Assembly (NCBI GenBank): GCA_037447605.1
Contig: CM074806.1
Location: forward strand, 434,001 to 498,000
Source: Zygnema circumcarinatum SAG 698-1b
Lineage: Eukaryota > Plantae > Zygnematophyceae
Length of the DNA: 64,000 bases
Direction of reading: 5' to 3'
Position numbers and translations under genes: made by a program
In this document: positions 9,137 through 21,292 of the stretch, piece by piece
How positions within the stretch are numbered: position 1 is the stretch's first letter
Layout: each line of letters begins with the position of its first letter
The notes under the pieces: generated by a model
Database searches by the model: none
Told to the model about the DNA's origin: nothing
The model's input: the letters and a program-made list of their open reading frames with translations, nothing else

Positions 9137-12100
9137 ATGCCGTCGCTGCGGCGCGCGCCTCTGGCGGACGCGCTGACGTGCGCGCTCTGCCGACGGCTCC
9201 TCCGTGACGCGACAACTGTCACGGAGTGCCTGCACACGTGTATGGCCCTCGGCTCAGGGCTCGGGGTTAGGATTTTGGGAGTTAGGGTTTCAAGTGCGGG
9301 GTTTATGTTTAGGTTTCAGAGGTCAGGGTTGAGAGCTTTCGATTCAGGGTTAAAGTTAGGGTTAGGGTTTAGGGTTCAGGGTTAGGGTTAGGGTTAGGGT
9401 AGGGTTCAGGTTAAGGTTAGGGTTAGGGTTAGACTTAGGATTAGAGTTAGCGTAGGGTTAGGGATAGGGTGAGGGTTAGGGTTAGGGTGAGGGTTAGGGT
9501 TCAGGATCAGGGTTCAGGGTGCAGGGTTGAGGGTTAGGATTCAGGGTTAGGGTTAGGGTGCAAGGTTGAGGCTTGGGGTTCAGGGTTAGAGTTCAGGGTG
9601 AGGGTTAGGATTGGGATTCAGGGTTAGGGTTAGGGTTAGGGTTAAGGTGAGGGTTCGGGTGCAAGGTGCAGGGTTCAGAGGTCAGGGTTTTGGGCTTTGG
9701 TTTAGGGTTTGACGGTCGAGGTTTCGGGCTTAGGCTTAGGGTCCCGAGTTAGGGTCAGGGTTAGGGTTCAGAGGTGGTCGGGTTTAGGGTTTTTGGTACA
9801 GAGTTTAGGGTGTCGGCTTAGGGTTGAGGATTCAAAAGCTTACAATTTAGGATTGATGGTTGTGGGTTTAGAACTGAGGGTGGACGGGCTCAGAATTAGG
9901 GTTCAGAGTTTGGGATTTGATGTTTGAATTTTACAAGTCCCGCTCCAATCGCCTCTCTTTCTTCCTGTCTCTCTCCCTCTACTTCCTCCCTCCCTCCCTC
10001 CCTCGCCCTCCTCCCTCTTCCCCCCGGCTTTCACCCGCTCTCTCTCAGTTCGTCTCTCCCCCTCTCTCGCTTACCTCTCTCGCCCTCTCCCCCTTTGTCA
10101 CAGCCTTCCCTTCCTCACCTTGCAAGCTCAGACTTTCATGAGGGTTTCAGATTTAAGCTCTCCCTTTCCACCTCCCACCTAATTCTTTCTATGTTTTTTC
10201 TATTTCCTCTGATTTTCAGTTTGCAGGAAATGTATTTTCAAGGAGCTTAAGGCGGCACAGCGCGGGAGATGCCCCTCCTGCTTAATCGATTTGGGGGTTA
10301 ATCCCACGGAAAAATTAAGGTAAGTTGAAATATTTACAGTATTAGCCCCCNNNNNNNNNNCCCCCCCCCCCCCCCCCCCCCCCTTCACTCTCCTCTCCTC
10401 CCCCTCCCACCCTTTTCTTTTTTTTTGTTTTGTCGTTTTTTTGGAGACTGGATCGATTGACTACCTTTTCGTTTTTTTTTTCTTTCTTTTTTTTTTTTTT
10501 TAACAGGAGCGATTATCAGCTTTCGGAGCTTCGAAATAAAATTTTTCCGTCGAAGAGCAAAGAGGCTCCTCGTGACGCATTCCTGGAGAGTATCGTGGAA
10601 GCTTCCGGGAACCTTCCGGGAGAGCCTGCAAAGAAGAAGGCGAAAAAATCGCATCCGGAGAAAGAAGGAGGAGTCACTGTTCGATCTCTCTCAGAAAAAA
10701 GAGAAGAAAATGAAATTTTCACTAAACAGTCTCTCATCTGTGAAGAACCGATGCTTGATGCGGACTATGATGATGAGGTTCAGGAAAGAGGAGAGGGGCT
10801 GGAGGAGGGAGAGAGAGAGCGCTCAGAGAAGGTGGAAGAAGTGAAGAAAGAAGAAATTAAGGAAGAAATTAAAGAAGATGAAATAGCTAACGATTTAGAA
10901 AAGGCAACCAGGGAAAGTGATGATGGGGTTTGTGAAGAAGATGGGAACGGTCTACCCATTGTACTTGCTCTAGAGGCACATATTTCTGGAACTGAACATG
11001 GAGGGGGGGAAGGAGGAGCAGAGGTAGAGGTAATGGAAGAGGAAGTGGGTGGGGAAGGGGGAGGCGGAAGGGCAGGAGTGGGAGAAGGAGCGGGAGGAAC
11101 AGTGGGAGTCGTGGAGGGAGACGAAGTGGGAGATGCAATGGGAGAGAGAGTTGGAGAGGGAGCAGGAAAAGACAACGAAACATCCCCTCGGAAGGATGAA
11201 CTTCAGAAGGTGGAGAGTAATTCTCCTTCCGGAAACGAGGTTTTAACTCCTCCTGAGATTTCTTCTCAAGTTCCAAATCAACCAGATTTTGCTCAAAACG
11301 CAGAAAATTCGGCTATCTCCAAAGCGCAAGTCGATCAAGCAGGGAGTTCTATGCCGTCGGCTGCAACGGAACGGACAACTGAAGCTTCGGATTCATCTTC
11401 TGTTCCACAAGGCGTGACTGTTTCCATCGACACCGTTAAGGACAACGGAACGGCGGAAAATCCGCAAGGATTTCCCCCTGTTCAGTGGAGCGGAAAAACG
11501 GAACCCCATTCTCCTATTGAAGACTCCAAAATTTCGATTCCGAACCTCATGTCTCAAGTAACGGATGCTGCCACTCCTTCACTTTCCGCTCCCACTACCG
11601 CCCTCAAACCGACTCCCACACTCTCTCCCACCCCCACTCACAAACCAACTCCTCCCAACCTCACTCCAACACCCACTCACACTCTCACTCCCACTGCCAC
11701 TCCCACTCCCATTCCCACTCCCACTCCCACTACCACTCCCACTGCCACTCCCACTACCACTCCCACTGCCACTGCCACTCCCACTGCCACTGCCACTCCA
11801 ACTCCCGCTCCCACTGCCACTCTCACTGCCACTCCCACGCTCATTCCCATTCGCACTCCCACTCCCATTTCCACTCTCAGAGCGACTCCTCTTACTCCAG
11901 CAGCTTCAGGAACTCCTCTCATACCCCCCCCAAACAACTCCACAAATATGAACAGACCAAGTAATGTCATTCCCAGTGCGAACGGTCTTTTTTCTCCAAA
12001 TGTTTCGTGGGTGAAACGGCCGCTCCATGTGCCGGGGGGGCTCGATCTCAGCCAATGGAAACCGCCCAAAACCCCTAATTTTCAGTTAAACGGAACGAGT

Positions 12101-13922
12101 TCTCGCACATCAGCATACCATCCGATGGGAAACTCACTTGCATTCGATCAGAATTTAGAGATGGGAGCTCCCTCTCTCCCTCCTCCTCCTTCTCCTTCTC
12201 CCTCTCTCTCTCCTTCTACCTCCTCTCCCGTGACTACCATGACAGTCTACAGTAGTTCCTCACCTTCCTTATTGGGAAGCTCTATGGGAGGAGGGAGAGG
12301 AGGAGGTCGCCTTGGAAATATGGGAATAATGAGAAGGGGAATACCGCAGAAAATTGGGGTTAAGAGGGGGCCGGGAGGGAAGCAAATGGATGCTACAAAA
12401 CCCCTTGCAAGTGGGAGTTATTCCATAGTTTTGAACTCAACGGGGTCCCCTCCTCAAGCAGCAGGAGAGAGACCCTCTCTCCCTCTAGCAATAGGGAGTC
12501 CACGGCCTCCCACATGGGTCTTACTCCAAACGGCAGAACATCCGTAAGTGGTTCTTTTCTCGGAAGGGATTTTGGTTTGTAGACCATCTCTCTCTTTAAG
12601 TGTCTGTGTGTTTTGTGCGTGAGTCACTGTTTTGTGTTTATTATCTATTTTTCGATTTTTTTATTTCTGTATGTAGGTCGAGAGGATATATGCTGATTTT
12701 TTGTGGTATTGCTTCTTTCTCCCTTTCTCCAGGCCTCCTGGAAAGGAGCTACCGGCTATGGACCGCCCTTATCTTCGAATACGGTACACACAACAATCCT
12801 CTCTCCCTCCTCTCCTCTCTCCCTCTCTCTCCCCCCTCTAGTCAGAGTTGGCTAAGAGAACGCCTTTTGAAACCTGCAGAGATTTTGGAGTCACAATTGG
12901 AACTCTGCAGAAGCATGTCGAGCGCAAGTTCAACACCAAACCAGGGGAGGTAAGGAGAGACCCTACCCCTCCCCCCCGCCTCTCTCTCTCTCTCTCTCTC
13001 CTTTTCTCTCTCCGCATCGCCCATCTTCCTCTCCACCCTGGACATCCTTTCCACTATCTTCCATCTCCACTCCGTTCTTGCCTACCACTTTTCTCCCTCT
13101 CTAATTCCCTCCTCTCTACCTCCCTCAGTCCTCCCCTCCCTTCTCTGCTTCCCGCCCTCTCCATCCCCCTCTTTCCCCTCTTCCGTATGCCTCTCAATCT
13201 GACTCTCCCTCATACCACTTTCTCCCTTCACTCCCCCCTCCTCTCTCTCCATCCCCCACTTACTCCTCCCTCCCTCTCCTCCCCTCCTCTCCCGCATTGC
13301 ACCTCTTCTCCTCCCTCCCCCTCTTCCCCCTCCTCTCTCCCCCCTCCTTCTCCCTCCCCTCCTCTCCCTCCCCTTCTCCCTCCCTCCCTTCCCCTCTCCT
13401 CCCTCCCCTTCTCCCTCTCCCCTTTTCCCCCTTCCTCCCCTCTGCTCCTCTCCTCCCTTTCCCTCTCCCTCTCCCTCTTCCCTCCCTTTTCCCTCTCCCT
13501 CCCCTCCTCTCCCTCCCTCCTCTCCCCCCCTCCCTTCCCTTCTCCCCCCTCCCCTTCTCCCTGTCTCCTTTTCCCCCCTCCTCGCCTCTGCTCCTCTCCT
13601 CCCTTTCCCTCTCCCTCTTCCCTCCCCTTTCCCTCTCCCTCCCCTCCTCTCCCTCCCCTCCTCTCCCTCCCCTCCTCTCCCTCTCTCCCCCCCTCCCCCC
13701 TTCCCTCCCACCCCTCATTCCCTCCCTCCCTCTCCCCTCCCGCAGGTCCTCATCATGTGCCGCGACCGCGTGTTGGACCCCGCCTTCCCCCTCGCGGTGG
13801 TGCAGTCCGCGTGGCACTCCACGCAGCAGGCGGGGCAGTCAACGATGGTCAAAGGCTACCCCCCCCTAGCGGAGGGCAACCTCATGGAAGTCGTCCCTTT
13901 TCTCACCTATCAGAGGTCCTGA
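9137..13922 (+). CDS. BMI1: PRC1 RING-finger E3 ligase, BMI1/DRIP family (RING + RAWUL)
   Basis: Exons 9137-9239, 10220-10319, 10507-12543, 12733-about 12783, 12881-12949 and 13746-13922. RING: [21 protein letters not shown]|FCRKC...CPSC...NPTEKLR|[19 protein letters not shown]-like end: [12 protein letters not shown]|[17 protein letters not shown]...|VLIMCRDR...FLTYQRS*. Confidence 0.9.
9245..9910 (+). repeat. Degenerate telomere-like TTAGGG/TTTAGGG/TTCAGGG tract in BMI1 intron 1
   Basis: Dozens of GGGTTA/GGGTTTA/GGGTTCA units begin immediately after the donor site. Confidence 0.9.
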
Positions 13923-15366
13923 ATCGCCGCGGGTTCTATGGTGCTGTTCTGGCCCGTTGCAGGCAACAGCGAAACAGGGTGGCATGTCAGTTCTGTTCCG
14001 TTGCACGGAGTAGTGTATTTATCGAAGTTTGAGGGATGGTATCAATGGGGATGTAAGTTCTGATGGGGTGTGATTGGACCCTTCCCCACCCCCCCACTCC
14101 TCCCCTTTTTCCCCCAATATTTTTTTTTGTTGTTGGTCCTTTTTTCGTCTTCTTACTGTCGATCTCGTCAGACTTTAATGAAAACGGACATGACCCATTA
14201 TCATACATGTAGATTCATTTGTTTCTAAAGAACCTCACTTATGGGGGAAGTTTCAGTTCAGTCTCAGTTTTGGTTTCCTTATTCACGGCAACGAGCTAGC
14301 AGCTTCTGAAAGCTCCTCCGCCGGCCGCAATCTGAAGTTTGTTTTCAGCCTAATCTGCTGAATGGTGTGAATGCTGAACTCCTTGTTTGCAATATTATTA
14401 ACTTTTTCGTCTTGCAAGTTTCACTATGTCTGCATGACAATGTACTTCCCTGGTCAAACAAGGAAAAAAGAAAGAAAAATGTCTTTCCAGATTTATCACA
14501 TATTCTGGCTTCTGTGCTTCCAATTTATCAGTTTTATGTGTAGTTTAATACTCTTGAATTTGGTGTTCCATGCGTACAAAGTTGCCAGTTTCCAAGTCCG
14601 TTATTTCCTCATCCTGAACCCTCGTTACCAGCAAGCGATGCAGACATTAACTGCGGTTCACTTCGGTTTAACTGCAATGTCGTTTTTGGATAGAATTCTA
14701 CTGGAATAGTGCCCTGTTGACCTGAAAATACAATCCTTTTAAGCCTCACAATGAGAAAAAGGCTTTTTTTTGGAGAAGAGAGACCACTATGCCATCCAAG
14801 GACAGGAAGGAAGGAAATTTCAGAGGAGAAGAGAACAAGCTATTTCAGCGCTTGAGGAAGACAAAAAAGCAGGAGCCCAACGAAAGAAAAGCATAGGCTA
14901 ATAGAAAATGTTTTAGTTTGTACACATTTCAAAAAAAAGAAATGGAAAACACAAATGTCACATATATCAAACGTAATTTGCGACGATTCTAACTGGAATT
15001 AAAACTGAAACTACAACTTAAAACTGAAACTGGAACTGAATTTTGTCTGCCTTTTCTACGCAGTTCCATAATCTTAACAGTCAAATCCTCCACATCGCCT
15101 CCCCCTTTTTTTTTTTTTTTTCCTTTTCTTAAACATAATCAAAGAATTTCGATCTCAAAATTGCTCGCGACAAAATTGGACATTGCAACTTGCCGGTTAT
15201 TTTTGCACCTCGTTACACCACCTTCTCTCCCTCTCTCTCCATATCCTCCGCTCTCTCGCTCCCCCTCTCTCTCTCTCTTTCTCTTTCTCTCTATATCTCT
15301 TCCTCGCCTTCGCTCTCTCTCACTCGCTCTCTCTCACTCGCTCTCTCTCTCTCTACCTCCTCACCC

Positions 15367-16801
15367 TCACACCTCGACCGAAGTATCCTTCGAAGTGAAG
15401 GTCAACACCTCCACCTGCTCCTTGAAGGAGACACGCCTTCTCGAGCTCTCCTTAATCTCCATGGGAGCCATGGGCCCTGACTTCAACGCTCCCCTCAACA
15501 GAAGGGGCATGCTCGACGTTCTATGTAACACAAATCTGCTGTCCTCCACAATGGTCGCCAACGGAATGTCGTCGACTTCTATGCCTTTCCTTGAACAGAA
15601 ATCGATAACATTCGCAGTTTCCAGATGGAACTCCGACGACTCCGAAGGCCCCCCTCCCTCGCTGTGAGGGGGACTCCTCCTCGCCTCCACCGCTACCGCA
15701 TGCGAGAGAAGGCTCAGATCTGGGCTCCCGTCGGGACTGCCCCTCCTCTCCCCTCTCACTGTCCTCCCTCCTTTCTCCCCTCTCTCTCTCCACTCTCCCC
15801 TCACGTCACTTTCTCCCCTCCCCTCTCTCTCCTCTCTCCCTCCCGCAGTCCCCTGCGGCTGCTCCTCTCCATAGGTGTCCCTCTCACTCTTCTTCCTCCT
15901 CGCCTCATCTCTCACTCGATTCCGAAACTCCTCCTTAGACGACCGCGAATTTCTCATCTTCTGCGCCAGAAACTCCCTCAGTTCCAAATGGGGGTCCTTC
16001 TCCTCCGCTCTCTGTCCTCCCTGGATTCCTGAACGAACCATTCTACTATCCGTAATCGAAGCAGCCGCCAAGGACCCACTCCACTGCTGACGACTACTAC
16101 TCTGTATCACTCCGCTCGCTGGCCTCTCCCTCTCTCTCCTTCCGCCTCTCCCTCTCTCTCCTTCCGCCTCCTCCTCCTCCTCCTCCGCCTCCTCCTCCTC
16201 CACCTCCTCCTCCCGTATCGCTCCCATACCCGCTTCCGGGACTCGGTAATCGAGTGGCTCTGGAGAGACTTCCAAAGGGGCGCTGACCCCTCAAAAAGGA
16301 GCCATGGATCGCTCCCTGCCATCCGGAAGCCGTCGGATGTTGCATCACCTTCACACTCAAGTCCTGATCCTTCTCCATCAACGGCGATCTATGCTCCCTC
16401 AGTTGCGTTTCCTGTTTAACTGACGGCGGCCGCGAATGTAACGGCCCCGACTTCGCTCCCTGCGGCCCCGAACTCATCCCCACAGGCTGCAAAACCCCCG
16501 TCGCCGCCTTCATAACCGTCTCCGTCCCCGCCCCTCTTCCCGCCATATTCGATCGAAAATTCGGCGTTTTTTCCATTTTCGTGAAGGGCTGCCACAGCTG
16601 CTCGAGAGTCTCCTTCAGAGCCTCCCCCGAACCGTTCCCATTGGCCGGCGGCTCCCGAAGCTTCCGGAAGTCGTCCGGAAGGCGCGGTTGGTCGGTCACG
16701 AGGAGCTGCCACGACGCGTGGCATTGGGCCATTTCGGAGGCGGCACGTTCCGGCCCTAAAGCCTTTCCGTAGTGGCCCAAAACTATGGGCTTTTCGCCTG
16801 C

Positions 16802-16836
<35 letters not shown>

Positions 16837-17834
16837 GAGAGAGTGAGAAGGGGAGAGAGAGGGAGGGGTGACATTCTCGAGTGGGTTTCACACTTGATGG
16901 GGACGATGGTGAATCGACGGTTTGAAAGCAACACGGTCCAATTTCCACACAATGCTAAGAACAAATTGAACAATGAAACAATGTAGCATGAGTGCATGAT
17001 GTTGTGCATGCTCTAGAGGAGGAACTAACCTGGAACGGTGGGCACTGAGAACCGAAACCACGACTGGAGGCTCTCCAGCAGGCCCGGCCGGAGCCTCCGC
17101 AGGTCGGTGGGCCCCACCAGGTTCTCCGCGAGAGGGTCCCTCATGTCGATCCCCACCAGTTTCCATGCCACAGTTACGCCCTTCACGATTACGGAGAACA
17201 TCGCAAGGAGCTTCACCGAGTAGACCTCCCCCGGGCACGCCCTCCTCTCGCTGACGTCAACCACCTCGAGGGGGGACCCGTCGCCCTGCAGATCGCGGTA
17301 GTCCTCGACGCTCTCTTTGGGGTCGGCCCAGGTCTGGGGGAGCATGCCGACGTTCCATGCGGGCTCGCGAGCGTAGAACTGAACGCGGCCGTCCTTTGTG
17401 GTCAGTTTGAGGGGCCTGAACGGCTCAAACTGCGCCACGTGGCAGCGGAGATCGCTGCCACGTGGCGTCGTGCAGACGAAGCTGAGAGAGCCGTCGGCGT
17501 TGAAGAGGGGCACGTCGTGCCAAGGAGACGCCACGTGGCCCGTTTCCATGTCCGTCAGTAACAAGCGGTAGGACGGAGTTCCATGCACGCCGAACTCCAG
17601 CGGTTTCCATGTCCTGCTCCGCGTTCCCTCCCGGGACTTCTCTCCCTTAGCCGCCCTATCCCTCTCCCTCTCCCTCTCTCCCTCCCTCTCCCTCTCTCCC
17701 TCCCTCTCCCTCTCCCTCTCCCACTCCCTATCCCTCTCCCTCTCATTCCCGCCCTTCGCCTGCAGCGCCATAGACCGCGCCGACGGAAACGAATCGAAGC
17801 CCGCTCCTGCCGCCGCCTCCAGCGATGGGGTCAT
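15367..17834 (-). CDS. Catalytically degenerate family I soluble pyrophosphatase-like protein with long C-terminal extension
   Basis: Exon 1 (17030-17834) has SPWHDVPL, LPQTWADP, GDGSPLEVV and WKLVGI, which align with plastid PPa6. Exon 2 starts at 16797 and completes the fold (HASWQLLV). The tail is split between two frames (stops at 16097 and 15367), so the 3' structure is uncertain. Confidence 0.75.
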
Positions 17835-19287
17835 CTCTGAACCCTAAAAACCCTCCGAGCCCTCTGCGCCCTGAACGCACTCCTGCGCGCCTCCTCTGTC
17901 TCCCTCCCTTAAGGCCCGCGCCCTGAACCCACTCCCTCCCTCCCTCTCTCTCTCCCTCCCTCCCTCCCTCTCTCCCTCCCGCCGGCCGTCGACCAAGGGC
18001 TGAGCGCAGGGGTTGAGGGTCTCCCGGCGGGGGCCCGGGCGGGTTTGTACGCGGCCGCGGGCCAGCGCGGCTTGGATGCGACAAAACAGGTGGTTGTCGT
18101 TTGGCGCCGATTCTGTCGGCAAGCGGACGGACTTTTGGACGGTTTCTGGCATTTTGTTGTTTTGGGAGGTTTTTGTGGCTGACCGAGGAGGGCCCAGGGG
18201 GATGGTGGTTGGAAAAGGACAGGTGGAGGGGTGACATTTGGCGGGATCTGGGGGAGGTTGCAAAATCACACGTGTGAAGGGAAGCGATGATTGGATGTTA
18301 GAATGTACGGAAACCTATTCGAGGAGTACGAGGAACGTTCGGTCAAAGGCGGAATCCGGGGAGTCGAAGGATCGGCAGTTTTTGGCGGGACTGGGGTCAA
18401 TGGGTGGCGGAGTTTGTCCGGGTCTTCAGGCCGTTATTGGCCGGGAGCGCTGATTGGCGGACGGGGACAAAAGGGGACGCCGCGCGTGCACTTTTGGAAC
18501 CAATACGACAATTACGAGATTCGGCAAGTGGGCGAGATTCGAGGAACGATCTGACGATTAGGTACGAAACAAAGGACGGGATCTGTACGAACGTATGATA
18601 AAGACAATAAAATTTTGAACGTTTTTGGGGTGACAGGCTGTTAGATCTCGTCGTCTAGCGGACCTATTTCGTTTGGCAACTCACCGCATGCTGGCTAACG
18701 CAAAAAACGACAATAAATGTACTCATAAGCTTGTCAGGACTGCATTGTCGTACTATATTTTACGGACCTGTACGGACAACCTGCTGGCCGGCACGTCCTT
18801 GCTGTGAATCTTCTTAAGATCTTGTGTCGACCAATCAGATCAAAATCAATCCAAGTCACGACGGCCAGGGGACGTGGCCAGACGACATTCCAGCGTGGCG
18901 AATCTAGAGAACGTATCCTATCTGACTAGCCAAACCAAATACGACAAAATGCTTGGCCGATATTTTCAGTGCAAGTCGCTCCCAACATTGACTTTCTGTC
19001 CGATCCGTCCTTTGGCCCGGATTCGTCGACGTGGACAAAAAGCGCTCGCCGACGTGCGAGGATCATTTGTTTTGTCGTTTATTCTGTTCACGCTGTCTTA
19101 CCTTTTTGTCGGAGTTCTTGTATGAAATAGTACGAAACCGCCGGCCGGCGAGAAAAAACAAAAAAAAAGACGGCGGCGGGCGGGACGATTTCAGCCGGCC
19201 GTTGGAATAACCGTACATAACTTTGTCGGAGAGCGGACAATAGTACGTTTTGGTACAGTTCAAGAAATACAGTCCGTACATATGAAA

Positions 19288-19989
19288 GGGGGCGACTATT
19301 TACAGTGTCCTTTTTCTGAACGTAGTGTACGTTTTCGACGGGCAGCAAAAAAAGGTTTTTTTTGGCGAAAAATGCTGTTTCATACTTTTCAGAATAGATA
19401 CAGACCTTTTCTCGTTGGATGTACGGATGGTGATTTGAAATGTACGAAGCGCGCGCGTCTACAAGGTATAAGGGCGCAACACGTGGAGCGACATGATTGG
19501 TCGCGGCAAACATATGACGTGACAAGTATGTTTGGGACCGTGACGTGACGAAACGAGACGCGAAAAAAGTGCAGTCCGCGGACGGCAGTCGGAAATGGCG
19601 GGAATTAAAACTGACAGATTTTTCCTGAAACACGCTACGGTATGTGCCCTATCTTTTTCTGTCAGTTTTAATTCCCGCCATTTCCGACTGCCGTCCGCGG
19701 ACTCCACTTTTTTCGCGTCTCGTTTCGTCACGTCACGGTCCCAAACATACTTGTCACGTCATATGTTTGCCGCGACCAATCATGTCACTCCACGTGTTGC
19801 GCCCTTATACCTTGTAGACGCGCGCGCTTCGTACATTTCAAATCACCATCCGTACATCCGACGAGAAAAGGTCTGTATCTATTCTGAAAAGTATGAAACA
19901 GCATTTTTCGCTAATGAAAACCTTTTTTTTGCTGCCCGGCGAAAACGTACACTACGTTCAGAAAAAGGACACTGTAAATAGTCGCCCCC
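19288..19989. mobile_element. Foldback / MITE-like element with about 330-bp near-perfect inverted arms
   Basis: Arms 19288-19618 and 19658-19989 with a 39-nt loop. Termini GGGGGCGACTATTTACAG...CTGTAAATAGTCGCCCCC. No TSD found. Confidence 0.85.
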
Positions 19990-19993
19990 ATTT

Positions 19994-20987
19994 GGAAAAT
20001 TCTATTCTCACACCTTTTTTGTCTACACACAGGCCTCTTTTCGCCGGGCAGATTTTAAAATAGCACAAAAAAAGAACACACCTTTCACACCTTCTCACCT
20101 TTTTTTTCCCACCTTTTTGAAATCGACACACACCTTTCTCCATCGGGCAGATTTTACCCCTTCTTGTTTTTTTCTTTGAAAAAAACATCGGCCTGCCCGA
20201 ATCCACTCGGAGCAGAAGATCCGTCCGCCACGAGATCGTTCGCGAGTGGCCGTCCTTCACACGTGCAGAAACGATACACCGTCGATTCTAGAGCAGATCA
20301 CACCACGGCAGATCACCGTTCGATCGGCAGCCGGGCTCGGTTCCAGCGAATGGCACACGCCCACGTGTCCCACCCGAGCAGGCTCGAGGACCGTACACAA
20401 CTCGTACGGTCGCAGCTTCGAGGAAAGTCCTTACATTGCGAGCTTGAACCAATCACCATCTGCCGCGTGCTCCTTTTAGACGTGGCAAACTGTGATTGGT
20501 ACAGGCACTCAACTTTAATTATTACGTTTTTTGACTTTCCTCGAAGCTGCGGGCGTACGCCTTCTGTACGGTCCTTGGAGCCGGCTTGGGTGGGACACGT
20601 GGGACAGAGCCTGGCTGCTGATCGACCGGTGATCTGCCATGGTGCGATCTGCGTGAATATCGACGGCGGAAATTATTGCACGTGTGAAGGACGGCCACCC
20701 GCGAACGATCTCGTGGCGGACGGATCTTCCGCTCCGAGCGGATTCGGGCAGGCAGATATTTTTTTCACTGAAAATAAATGATAAGGAGTAAAATCTGCCC
20801 GACAGAAAAAGGTCTCACGGCGCTCGGCCGCTCAGGACTAGTAGCGTGTATCGATTCCAAAAAGATGTGAAAAAAGGTGAAAAAAAAAAAGGTGTGAAAG
20901 GTGTGTTCCTTTTTTGTCTATTTTAAAATCTGCCCAGCGAAAAGAGGTCTGTGCGTAGACAAAAAAGGTGTGAGAATAGAATTTTCC
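19994..20987. mobile_element. Non-autonomous Mutator-like (MULE) element with long TIRs and 9-bp TSD
   Basis: TIRs begin GGAAAATTCTATTCTCACACC. Arms about 19994-20429 and 20533-20987. Flanking direct repeat CCCCCATTT at 19985-19993 and 20988-20996. Confidence 0.85.
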
Positions 20988-21292
20988 CCCCCATTTGGTG
21001 CCTCTCATTTGACTGGTTTCGTACGAGCCACTGTCCGTTAGCGCTGGTGAACGATACGTATCGGCTAGAGAAAAGTGTGCTCGATACGAATTGTGGTCAT
21101 ATCGAAATTATTCCGATACGCTACGATATATAGCTACGAAGCCTCTCATATCGCTTTGGTTCTATGTGGATCTGGTCAGTGTACCGTATTGCTGAACCGA
21201 CGGGACTGGAACTGGGACTGGCCCATTTCCATGTATAGCCTGTTCTACTTGCACTTTGTTCAACAGTTTGAGAACAAAAAGGGAAAATGATA

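Noticed and set aside
9245-9910. True chromosome end or fusion site
   Set aside because: The repeats are degenerate, lie inside an intron of an intact gene, and similar tracts recur throughout the window.
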